Below, in pieces: positions 12,465-23,219 of a stretch of 64,000 nucleotides of DNA. The notes under the pieces were generated by a model. That model did not search any database and was not told the DNA's origin. It saw only the letters and a list, made by a program, of their open reading frames with translations. The DNA comes from Lobosporangium transversale (Eukaryota), in assembly GCF_002105155.1 (NCBI RefSeq), contig NW_019028979.1, positions 744,001-808,000 on the forward strand, read 5' to 3'. A program made the position numbers and the translations under genes. The stretch's first letter is position 1, and each line of letters begins with the position of its first letter.

Positions 12465-14120
12465 TCAATTGGAGATATTATGGGACTTAAGGAACCTTCT
12501 CACCAAAATAGCTACATTCTTCTCATCATTCAAACAATCAACCACACGTTTGATTCTTGGTCAGTTGTTCACCATTCATGTCGCATCCTCAAGTTGCGTT
12601 CGCTGCGGTAGACTATTTCCGAAGCTTAGTGTGCGTAGCCTCTTTAGATTAGCCAGTTCATCCAGACCTGCTCTTAGTCTCAAGTCTAGCGTCCGTCCAC
12701 CTCCATCCTCTGTGCCCCACCAGCTTGTTAGGCCAAGATATTCTAGTTGAGTCAGCTTACCTAGTTGTCTAAATACAATGCGTGACTTTGCCATACCTTC
12801 TTCAGTCTCTTGATCAATATCTGCCGCAAAATAAATATACAGTGTAGTCAATCCAGCGCATACCCATTCTACCTCATCGACAACCTCTGTCACTGTGACT
12901 TTAAGGTCCGTCAGACTTCCCAGTCGTGGACAATTTGATAAAATGGTTTGAGCATCACCACTTCTGTAGCCGCCGAGTCTATTGAACACCAACATCTCAA
13001 TTGTCTCGCAGTGTCTCCGAACCCTTGTCTTCCATACTATTTGCCCACTATCCAATCTCTCTTGCTTGTCAGCTACTAATGTTTGTAAAGAGAGAGAGAG
13101 CGGGCCGAAGTCACCACAAGGGATAGCTTACCGCCTCATTCCAGTCATTCGTCTGAGAAGCGCTGCTATATCCTCGTCTTTTACCTGTGTATGAAGGAAA
13201 GTCAGATCTGACAAACTGTTCAGAGTCCAAGGGTTCTGAAGGAATGCTACCCTGAAGAAGCCTCGATCATCATCTAATTCTTGGCCGTTAATATGCAATG
13301 AGGACAATTCTGGACATCTCCTATCCAACATGCTGACGCAACACGGTGATGTGTACGGACCTCGAGGACTGAGTGTATTGACTTTCTCAATGCTCAGTGT
13401 GCGTATATTTGGGAATATACAATTACTATCCTCAATATTTAGGAAGTTGATAGGTAGCTGGTAGATGGCTACACGCTTCAATTCCAAGTGCCTAACTTTC
13501 TTGCAGACTTGAAGGAATAGATTGGCTTCAGCTCTGATATATTTGTGATCAAGCTTCAAGTGCTTGAAGTTGGTGCATTCTAGTAAAGCCTTCCAGATCT
13601 CAGGCAGATTCCAAATACGTTCGTCCAGGTAAAAGCTAGTGATGATGGAACTATGAAGCTTAATCTGATTGTAGAGGTGGACCGGTATGGGCCATGTATA
13701 CTCCACTTCGTATGCGATGGACCTGAGTCTCTGTAATGGTCCATACTCCTCCGAGAAAGATTCGTAGGCTTTAAATTTAATCTTTTCAATATTAGCCCCT
13801 GGGAGCGCTTTTGGGTGGGTGCACGTGATATTTTTTTTACAAAGTTAAGGGGCTGATATGTGACATGGTGATTTGTGATGTGGTGGAGTATGGAAGATTG
13901 AACAAATTCCCTTTTTTCAAGACCCCATTTACAGAACTGAGGACGATTTTGAAGGCGCTTTTGCTTTTGCTTTTTCTTTATTACACGAAACTACTGAGTA
14001 CCCGCTTTAACAGTGTACAGAAATATCACGTGCACCCAAAAAGCGCACCCAAAAGCGAGCACTGAGAGGGGCTGTAAATTTTTCGTGCTTTTTTGGGAAT
14101 CTGCTAAGTAAGACAACTGT
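12465..14120 (-). pseudogene. F-box/LRR(RNI)-like paralog pseudogene, interrupted by a MITE
   Basis: ORFs 13128-13706 and 12576-13055 are in one frame and align with the 15235-16821 gene (FLQNPWTL, DEDIAALLRRMT, RRHCETIE, EWVCAGLT, LDLRLRAGLDELA). In-frame stops occur at 13128-30 (TAA), 12576-78 and 12561-63 (TGA where the paralog has TGG). The 5' part is split by the 13792-14074 element; homology (SCLT, KKHEKF) resumes at about 14077-14120. Confidence 0.9.
13792..14074. mobile_element. Non-autonomous TIR element (MITE), Tc1/mariner-type by its TA target-site duplication, ~283 bp
   Basis: Imperfect ~60-bp terminal inverted repeats: AGCCCCT ends, CGCTTTTGGGTG 13806-13817 vs 14046-14057, and a perfect 18-bp TGGGTGCACGTGATATTT 13816-13833 vs 14021-14038. 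TA at 13790-91 and 14075-76. Removing the element and one TA restores the paralog reading frame. Confidence 0.82.
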
Positions 14121-14424
14121 GAAAAAACATTGAGATGCGGATACAGTCTTAAAGGTTTCTTCGGTTGAGCAGTTCGTCAATGAGTTAATAATCATATACC
14201 TTTGGAAGCATGTATTGCTTTGTAGCTTTGTAAATACAATCGCCATGATTCTATCTCATCGTGATCTTCATCAAGGTTGTATCTCGGCCATCAGCAAGCC
14301 GATGGGGTCAAGAAGGACTCGTATTCAAGACTTCTCTTCCCTATACCAGGTTGTGAGCCGATAATGTACATATCCTGCAATGTTTCTATCCATTGAGCCT
14401 TTCACGTCACTATACAAGTATCTC

Positions 14425-14665
14425 TCATACTTGGCTAATTGTCCACCATCCATTTCGCGTCCTCGAGTTCGATGTGCTGGGGATACTCATATCTGGACAT
14501 TAGCATGTTCAGACTCTTCAAATCGGCTAGTTAACCCAGTCCCGCTCTTAGCTTCAAATCCAGCATCCGTCATCTTGTACTCGATTGTACCTCGCTAGGG
14601 CCAAGATATTGCGGCCAATTCAATCTGCCTAATTGTCTAAACGCAATGCGTGAGCTTGTCATGGA
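14425..14665 (-). pseudogene. Degenerate 3' fragment of a third F-box/LRR paralog
   Basis: Nucleotide similarity to about 15350-15585 (e.g. GCTCTTAGCT and CACCATCCAT shared; translation SRIAFRQLGRL...LDLKLRAGL...DAKWMVDN*P) with stops and indels. Confidence 0.8.
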
Positions 14666-15234
14666 TGGCATTTTGCCACTGACCTCATTTGATTGGCTGA
14701 CAATGTATATAATAAATTTGCTGGACAGGGACATTGCTATCATCGTGTTAGACTAACACTGTTAATGACTAAAGTACCCGGAAATAATGACAATGCCATT
14801 CCAAGGACAAATATGTCGATATCGATGTCCAAGTTGTGAATGAAACGAGCCATTTAGAGGAATAAATATATCATACTCAGCAACAAAGAAGAAGCGTACA
14901 GTTGATAGCTTCTGCAGAAATGAAGAACAGGTCTATTTCCATCGATGCCCAATCACTCAGAGTCATTAGTACCCACCCTAATGAAAGATGCATAAATTAC
15001 TTTTAAAGTTGACACTTGAGGAGGATTCTAGAAAGTGTCCTTGAAAATAAAATCGATGATTTATAATGTAACAAAGCTCTTCTAGCAAAACTGCGACTCG
15101 TTCGTTTCCCGTGGTCGCTCGAGCTTACATCATCAGTAGCCGGAGACGCCCCGCTTTATGTCATCAAATCTTTATTATAATGGGCGCTGTTATTGGCAAA
15201 GTAGATGCCCTTAGGAAGGGACATGTCTAAAGAA

Positions 15235-16821
15235 TCATCTCATCCACATCAGATCGGGTTTCTCTCTATAGCATATAATACCGCGTGATGCGAATAAGGA
15301 AGCCACAGCTGGGTCGTCTATCAGAGGGCAATCCAATTTCCTTAGGTTCGGCCAATTGTTCACCATCCATGTCGCATCCTCAAGTTGCATATTCTGGAAA
15401 CTGTCATCCCTGAACACCAGCCTGTGCAGGCTCTTCAGGCTAGCTAGTTCATCCAGACCTGCTCTTAGCTTAAAGTCCAAGGTTCGTTTTATTGTTTCCC
15501 ATAGGCCCCATTCTCTTACGTCAAGGTATCCTAACTGGGTCAATTTGCCTAGTTGCCTAAATGCGATGCGTGCCTTTGCCATGCCTTCCTCAGTCCTTTG
15601 GTCGACGTCTGCCTCAAGGTAGATAATCAGGTAAGTCAATCCAGTGCAAACCCATTCTGCTCCATCGATAATCTCTGTCACCGTGATTCTAGGTCCTCTT
15701 AGCTGCTTCAGTCGTGGGCAATTCGATAAAACAGCTTGAACAATGCCTTTCATCCCGATGCCTTGTACATCGAACTTCAATATCTCAATTGTCTCGCAGA
15801 GCCTCCGAGATCTAGTCCTCCAGACCATATGCCCATCGTCCAACACCTTCTGTCTGTCCGCTAGTAATTCTTGTAGAGAGAGCTGGCTGAAGTCACAGCC
15901 TAGGATATTTAGCCGCCTTAGATCAGTCATCTGTCTGAGAAGTGCCGCCATATCCTCGTCTATTATTGTCAGGTTCGGGAAAAATAGCTCTGACAAACTA
16001 TACAGAGTCCAGGGATGCTGAAGAAATGCCTCTATATAGTGACGGCTGGTTTTAAAGGGCATTAGTCCTCTAAAAGAGTCGCGCTCAACAGGTTCACTAA
16101 ATTTCAACGCACACAGCCCCGGACAACTCCTCAACAACGTGCCAAGGCAATACGATGGTGTGTACGGATGTACCCTCGGCCTTATCGTGAAGTCGTTAAT
16201 GCTTAAAGTGAGCATTTTTGGGAAAGTATACTCGCTGCCCTCATTATTCAAGAATTTGGTAGGAAGCTGACCTAGGCTTACATTATCCAAGACCAGGTGC
16301 CCAAGTTTCTTGTAGACTTGAAAGAATAGATCAGCTTCAACCTCTCCAAGTATATCAAACAACTCCAAGCGATTGAGATTGGTACAATCCAATAGTATCC
16401 CCCAGAGGACATGTGATGATGTAACATTTTTAAAGGAGAGCTTGGTGATGGTGGAGTGGGCTTTGATGAAGTCCGGAAGGTGTTTCGGTATCGTTGGCTG
16501 GGCTAGCTGATTGTATTCTGGACCAAAGCTAATGGACTGAAGGCGACCGCATCCTCGCAATGTCGTATATACTTCTGGAAAGGTGCTTTGAAACACAATC
16601 TCCTCAATATACTCCCTATGTTTCTGGAGTATTTCGCCAGTGAGACAGGAAGGGCTTTTGAAATCTTTGACAACGATTTTTCTCCATATAGACCCGATAC
16701 ATGCACTATAAAAAGCCTTGGAGATAAGGATGCAGTTTAGAAGGTCTTCTCGATCGAGGAAGCCAGCAATGGGAGAGATGATTTCGGGAAGATTCAAGGG
16801 ATTCAATTTAATGTTGGTCAT
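15235..16821 (-). CDS. Intronless F-box-like/LRR (RNI-like) protein, 528 aa
   Basis: N-terminal F-box-like motif NPLNLPEIISPIAGFLDREDLLNCILISKAF...IW, followed by LxxCPxLxxL-type repeats (LLRSCPGLCAL, LSNCPRLKQL, NNWPNLRKL). Confidence 0.88.
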   Translation of the reverse strand: MTNIKLNPLNLPEIISPIAGFLDREDLLNCILISKAFYSACIGSIWRKIVVKDFKSPSCLTGEILQKHREYIEEIVFQSTFPEVYTTLRGCGRLQSISFGPEYNQLAQPTIPKHLPDFIKAHSTITKLSFKNVTSSHVLWGILLDCTNLNRLELFDILGEVEADLFFQVYKKLGHLVLDNVSLGQLPTKFLNNEGSEYTFPKMLTLSINDFTIRPRVHPYTPSYCLGTLLRSCPGLCALKFSEPVERDSFRGLMPFKTSRHYIEAFLQHPWTLYSLSELFFPNLTIIDEDMAALLRQMTDLRRLNILGCDFSQLSLQELLADRQKVLDDGHMVWRTRSRRLCETIEILKFDVQGIGMKGIVQAVLSNCPRLKQLRGPRITVTEIIDGAEWVCTGLTYLIIYLEADVDQRTEEGMAKARIAFRQLGKLTQLGYLDVREWGLWETIKRTLDFKLRAGLDELASLKSLHRLVFRDDSFQNMQLEDATWMVNNWPNLRKLDCPLIDDPAVASLFASRGIICYREKPDLMWMR

Positions 16822-17998
16822 GTTGCAATTGCAAAGAGATGATGCTAAAGGAATGTTGGGTATTTGCCACCACTCTTGTTTGTTTGGCTGGTTTCTAAAT
16901 CACCTGGCCAGCTTCTTTACAATTCAACTTTGCTTTCTTCAGATCAACGAAGCTCAAGATTTTTTTTTTGAATGATACTTAAAACCGTTATAAGGTGAAT
17001 GTTGACTGTCAGGGCAGGGATCACACTGGTATTTTGACTCTTTAAAAATAAAAAATGGAGAAAGAAAGTTGTACATTAGGAAAATAATAGGCACTCTTTT
17101 TGCTCTGCTATTGATGATTCTAGATCAGATGTACAAAGTGTAAAAGCATATGGAGACGTGTTACAACACCAACACCGTCCAATTTATTTTTGTCAATCAA
17201 TACGCCGGTAAATGTACTGCTAAGCTTTTTCGAGAATTCAGAACGTAGGAAGTCCTGTTTTTTAAAGGTAGTTATTTTATCATTAGTTCATTTATCCATT
17301 CAATGATTCTATGAATCAAATATGAGCTAAATCCTATAATCGATTTAACGAGAATGAACGTAAGGTTTACCAATAACCCAAACCAAAGAGCCTGTGCGCA
17401 GCACTTTTTGACCAAACCACACTGCCACTCTTTTGCCTTCATACGTGCAGTGAGTGGTATCATGCTTTCCAATCTTCTACAAATCCATTCATCCAAACGA
17501 AACGTGGAAGCTTGTATGTAATCAACATTATTAAGACCATACCTTTGAACCCAAAATTCAGAAAGGAGCACTTGCAGCTTGTTTCTGGATATAGAGCCTA
17601 TTTTACAAAATTATTATCAATACGAGTTCGCAAGACATTTGTGCTGAAGGATAAAATATAAAAGACAGAGATTATAAAGAAAAAAGGCAGATGAAAACTC
17701 AAGCACAAAGTAAAAGGTAGTAAAAAAAAAAAAAAAATAGCCACATAATATTCCTCTTCGTTCTCTTGTCTTATTCTAAGGATCCGAGGTGAGCGCTGGC
17801 AGTCGGATTTTAACTTTCTTAAATGTAAGCAATAAAAAAATGAACATTTAAAATAAAGCGAGTGAAAATGACACAGGTACTGATCTAGGGAAAATAATGT
17901 TTCTTTTTTGATAAGCTCAGATATGCTATCAATGACTGACAAAGTTGGTGATGCAATTATAAAAGATTTATTACTATTGACTGGTATCATTTCTAGCA

Positions 17999-19075
17999 TT
18001 ACATTGTCGGTGATGAGGATGGAGGCGAAGGAGGTCTATATTTCTGAATATTTGCGCCTTCAGGACATATCATAGCGCCTCGAGGGCCTTGCTTCATAAT
18101 CCTACGCAAGACCCCATCCATGATAAAAGCCGTCAATCCCCAAACAGTACATCCTTCCTGTTCGACATGCCAAACCGGGTATATGTATTTTGAATCCCTA
18201 AACCGGGCAAGGTGTTGACGTTTCTGAGGATTCAACAAGTCTTCCAATGGAATTGCAAAGACTTTAGACACCTCATCAGTATTGAATCGAATATCAGTGT
18301 TGATATCTTGGATAGGTTTATGAATGAATCCAATATATGGATGAACCTTCATTGTGCAATCCTTGTTGGGCATTGGCGTATATTCCCCAAGAACTTCAAC
18401 ATCGTTACGTGAGATAAAAATTTCTTCTTCCATCTCTCGTAATGCCGTTTCAAGACAACTCTTGTCTGTTGGGTCGCGTTTTCCTCCTGGGAAGCTAAGT
18501 TTTTTTTATTTTTTATTTTTAATAGAAAAAAAAATAAAAATAAGCATTTGCTCTACTCCACACCTCATGCATGGCCCTCTAAAAATATGTACTTTGGACA
18601 ATTGGTCAAAAAAAAAATCTTTTACCTGCACTCTCCTCGATGGTTTCTCAACTTGCTTGATCGAACAGTTACTAAAACACTTGGGACGCCCTTGACAACG
18701 CAAAGAGGCTTTAAAGCGTTTAAGAGAGACCAAGGTTAGTGTCAAGTTAGCTTTATAAAGTAAGCGCAAAAAAAAAAAAAAAAAAAAAAAACAAAAATAG
18801 GACAAAGCTTTTTTTGGTTTTACCATGAATACAGCAGCCTCACGTAATGGTTTATCTTTGCAATAGTCGAAATGGTGACCGACTAGATGCTTATCCTCCT
18901 CCAGTCGCCTCTTGATGCGATCTAAAAATGTTCGGTCGAATTGGATCGAGTCTGTCTTTTCCGGAGTCGAACTCATCATGAAAGGAATGGTTCTGGATGC
19001 ATAAGATGCATTTTGAAGTGATGAATGTCGCCTTGCCCGTTGTTGATGAGAAGGATAATACGGATGCTGTTGTTG

Positions 19076-19111
<36 letters not shown>

Positions 19112-19513
19112 GCGTTGGTATTGGTATTCTCTCAAATATGAGGGCATTGATGTGGATGGAACGGGCGGAGCATTGTAGGGGAGTTGGTATTGATATTGAG
19201 GAGGAAGAGGCACATCAGTCTGGTATAAGGGTGCAAAGACCTTGGATTCTGCATCTACATGACTTCCGGCAGTTGTGTTAGCATTGAGGAGAAAGGACTG
19301 TGCGAATAGTGCGTTGTTGCTTTCATGTGTTTGCTGTTGCTGATGTTGGTATTGACTTTGGTGCTGACGTTGGTAATAATATTGTGCAACTCGCATATTT
19401 TTTGATTTTGAAGAAACGCGAGCAGAATGTGTTGATGTGGAGGGTGTCACAAAGTAAGACATCATTGATCGTTGCGGGCAACGGTGCGACAAAGGCAAGA
19501 GAAACGCAGACAT
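17999..19513 (-). CDS. Nudix hydrolase, CoA-diphosphatase (NUDT7/NUDT8/Pcd1-like) subfamily, ~422 aa with Q-rich N-terminal extension
   Basis: Exons 19513-18824, 18708-18626 and 18494-17999 give REAAVFM-PLCVVKGVPSVLVTVRSSKLRNHRGECS-FPGGKRDPTDKSCLETALREMEEEI (NuCoA motif plus Nudix box), then DEVSKVFAIPL and VWGLTA. Confidence 0.93.
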
Positions 19514-21838
19514 TTTTAAAATTTTTTAATTATCTAATGGACAGTGGGAGAGTGGAGAGAGGGAGAGAGAAGTAGTTTACTAAAAAAAAAAAAAAGAAGA
19601 AGAAGAAGAAGAAGAAGAAGAAGAAGAAAAAGCAGAGAAGGATGAAGAAAAGATGGTCTACAAGTGAGTGAAAATACAAGAGAAAGGAATGAATGTGTGT
19701 GTGGAGTTAAAGAGCGAGGGAGAGCCTTTTAAATGAAAATTTTCGATCGTGCACGATCCAACCTATTTCGCCTACAATTTCCGAGAAATTCTCGTCCTTC
19801 ACAGTTACACATGGTCCACATGGCCACATACCAGAACTCAGAGCCATCAATGCCCGTAAACGAAAATCAGCCGGGTGATTTGTTCACAATGAGCAATGGC
19901 CCCCCTTCTAGGAGAAGAATAATATTCTTTTATGCTTCTTTAGCGAATCACCAAGTCTGAACTTTAAAGAGGAACTTGTCTCCCACCCCCCAGAAACCGA
20001 TGGAAGAACTGTTACAAGCTTGACAAGCTAAGCACGCACCCATGACCCTGATATTTTTTCTTTCCTTGTAAGACGAATATCGAAACGATCAGTCTCCAGT
20101 ATTATAGTGTTTATTATTTTTTCTTTTTTGAATGTTCTTCGGAGGAACAGAGCCTTTCTTTTTTATATAATACCCCACATTCATTTTTTTTTTTTTTTTT
20201 TTTTTTTGCTGCCACATTCTCCCCGCATTCTGCCTTTTACTGCAGCACTTAGTTCTTAACATTTGTATTTTTTTTTTCTCTTTCCCCACTTTTTTCTCAT
20301 CGATAATTTTGAAAAAAGGGTTTTGTTTTCACCAATCATCCTCAGCTTACTCTTTACTTCTTTCTTCCCCGTAATACTCGTAATCAAAACTACAAATAAA
20401 AAGACGCGTATCTTTCAGTACATGTATACGTCTTATAGTTCTTATCAGTATTATCGTACAAAAGATATGAAATTATGTATAAGATAAAAGTCAAAATTCC
20501 GACTTGGATTTCTATTTATTCAACGAGGGTGACTATTGGATTCGTAGGCCCACTTTTTACATTTCCTCAGTCTTCACCTGTTGTATTCATACAACACAAT
20601 CACTTGGAAATCGCAGAGAAAATTAAGATCCAGTATGCATGACCAGAAACCAATGAGTGATTCAAACAAAAATTGCCCGCGTTTCCTTAAAATTCTATTC
20701 ATATCCTGTATCCTACGCGTTACAAGACAATCATTATATACAACGTCCACCATGTCGTAGACATGACACTTATGACCAATTCTTTAGATGATTATATTCA
20801 TTAGAAATAATGTCAGTTATATCGATGTGAGAAGAGAGAGAGAAAAAAAATCGAAAGACTTTGTATGTGTCATATTGTAGAAAGCGTAGGAGCCGGTGAA
20901 CGACTGTCTCGACCCCTTTTTTTTTTTTTTTTTTCTTTTTCTCAGTACATTCTTTGTAGTCCTTGACTAGTTTCAGATCTTTTATAAATGTATATTAATA
21001 AAGATATATATAAATATATAAATATATATATATATTCGTATATGCTGTTCTTCAAACATAAAAACAGCGTACATGTTCATTTTTGTTTGTGAAGTACGGA
21101 TGTATATGTGAATACACATATTGACATAGTGAGCAATTGGGTTATTTCTTATTTAACAGAAGAGAAACACGTCAAAATTAAAAGGGACAGGCAAGAGAAT
21201 TATGAACTCAGCTGCTGGTGCAGATATCCAAGGATCAATTGGCAATCTATCTTTTGTTTCTTTTTTTATTTCATTCTTTCTTACTCCTACTATTTTCTTT
21301 TCGCAGTTTTTCCTCATAAATGATTGCCATGATCCACTGCTCTTGGACAGGCCAACCAGGAAATTACATCAAATATTATGTATTTTGCTAGAATAAACAT
21401 ATACTACTTTCCTCTTCTCATCAGTGGCCGAACCAGAATATAGACTAATTGCAATTTTTGTTTCCTTTTTATTTGATGTTATTGGACCAACCACTACCCC
21501 TGGCGTATCATTTCACAGCATCACAAAATTAAAAGTATATTAAATGAAACCAAATTTTATTGAAAAGCTCTCAAAAATGAACATTTAATTCTGTTCCCAG
21601 GGTTTCCATTATGGAAACAAGTCTTGCTTCCAGCTTCTCACAATATTACGAGTATATTATCATGCAGGGATCATTATTATTTTATCAAGAACAACGTTAT
21701 AAATGTACATGCACTCGTTATTCATCAAGTGTAGTGTGCTCATGTAATACTTTGTCTCAGGAAAAGTCAGGTATCACATTGATCCCTGGTTACCGACTTG
21801 TACAACAAAGGAGAACCAACATCCACAATCAAATCAGG

Positions 21839-21845
21839 TATAAAA
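21839..21845 (+). promoter_or_regulatory. TATA box of the CAP/PR-1 gene
   Basis: TATAAAA followed by a pyrimidine-rich tract and a CA-rich leader, about 190 bp upstream of ATG 22034. Confidence 0.6.
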
Positions 21846-22033
21846 AGCAACCACAACTCCTCCTTTTTTTTTTCTCTCATCAAAACAACAACCAATCTTC
21901 TCTCAACTTCTCTACTTCAACAGACCACTTCCTTGCTTCTACAGCACAACTCTTGAAACGAACACTCACTATCACTCTCGTGACTAAGCATCTTCCATCC
22001 CCACCCCCATTTCTTGTCTTTTCATCATCCATC

Positions 22034-22749
22034 ATGGTTAAGCTCACTACCCTTCTCTTTGCCACAGTTGCCCTCCTGGCCTCCACCAACGCTCAGGTTT
22101 CACTTGCGCCCACCTTCTTCAACGAAACCGAGATCAATCCCACGATCAACTCTGCTGAGGACATTGTTGACTCGGAATTGTTGCCCCCCAGCCATCAGCT
22201 GGTCCGTCGTGCTCCTGTCGCCAAACCCAAACTGACCAAGGAACAGAAGACGATCCTGGATGCCCACAACAAGGTCCGTGCTCTCCACGGAGCTCCTCCT
22301 CTGGTCTGGAATACCAAGGCTGAAAAGCATGGACAAAACTGGCTAAAGAGGTGCGCGTTTGAGCACAGCCAATCCCGTGAGGTAAATCTAAAAAATCCAA
22401 GCCACACCCTCCCCTTAATATAAAAAAAATCTAAAAATGCTTTTGCTAAACTTTTTTCCTTCTTTTTTTTTTTTTTTTCAAAAAAAATTAGTTTGGTGAG
22501 AACTTGGCTATGGGTTACGGAAGCTTCAAGCAGGTGGTGAACGGTTGGTATAGTGAGGTGTCGAATTACAATTACAACCGTCCCGGTTTCGGCATGAAGA
22601 CTGGTCATTTCACTCAAGTAGTCTGGAAAAGCACTAAATCGGTTGGATGTGCCAAGAGAACCTGTAATGGTCGTCCCCTCTATATCTGCAATTATTACGG
22701 ACCTGGCAACTATGCAAATCAGTATCGTGAGAACGTCTTGCCTCGCAAG

Positions 22750-22755
<6 letters not shown>
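22034..22755 (+). CDS. Secreted CAP/SCP/PR-1 (Pry-like) protein, ~203 aa
   Basis: Exons 22034-22381 and 22492-22755. Signal peptide MVKLTTLLFATVALLASTNA, possible Kex2-type site LVRR, and CAP motifs LDAHNKVRALHG, FEHS, GENLA, WYSE, GHFTQVVWKST..VGCA and YICNYYGPGN. Confidence 0.96.
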
Positions 22756-22785
<30 letters not shown>

Positions 22786-22984
22786 AATCAAACTGTAGAA
22801 TCCTGTACTGAATGAATAAAAAAAAAGATGAGGCTGGTTCCTCGTCTATATCATTTGTGAAGAGCAAGAGAATAATAGTATATACATGCATGTGCATGTG
22901 CACATCATTAATAATTAAAGGAGGAAGAGAGAATAACTACTATCCAATACATTATTGTCCCCATGGTTCTAAAATCCTTATTGT

Positions 22985-23051
22985 CCAAGTTCAAGCTCAA
23001 ATACAAGCTCAAGTTCAAGCTCAAATTCAAGCTCAAGTTCAAGCTCCAAGC
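22985..23051. repeat. Alternating hexamer repeat (CAAGCT with CAAGTT/CAAATW)
   Basis: Directly visible tandem array downstream of the CAP gene. Confidence 0.85.
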
Positions 23052-23177
23052 TCTTTTCGCTTTGCCTTTTTTATTTTTTATGGAATGGCGTATGTAGTAG
23101 GAACTGAGCCTAAAGGACGGCGCAAGTTTGATCAAAAAAGTAAAAAAGAAGGGTCGACAAAAAGCTCATCCATTTGC

Positions 23178-23219
<42 letters not shown>

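Noticed and set aside
12561..12578. TGA at two conserved Trp positions suggesting UGA=Trp recoding
   Set aside because: The same copy also has a TAA stop and a MITE insertion, and intact genes here use TGG for Trp and TGA as stop.
15086..15125. GTTCGTTTCCCG segment resembling a tRNA T-arm
   Set aside because: No cloverleaf, acceptor stem or A-box could be built around it.
17272..17571. ORF containing DEWICRRLE, reminiscent of the EWVC.GL motif of the neighbouring F-box/LRR family
   Set aside because: Similarity is limited to a few residues; a fourth remnant cannot be supported without an alignment.
21611..22033. 141-codon in-frame upstream extension of the CAP ORF
   Set aside because: It runs through the TATA box and CT-rich leader, and the signal peptide begins at ATG 22034.
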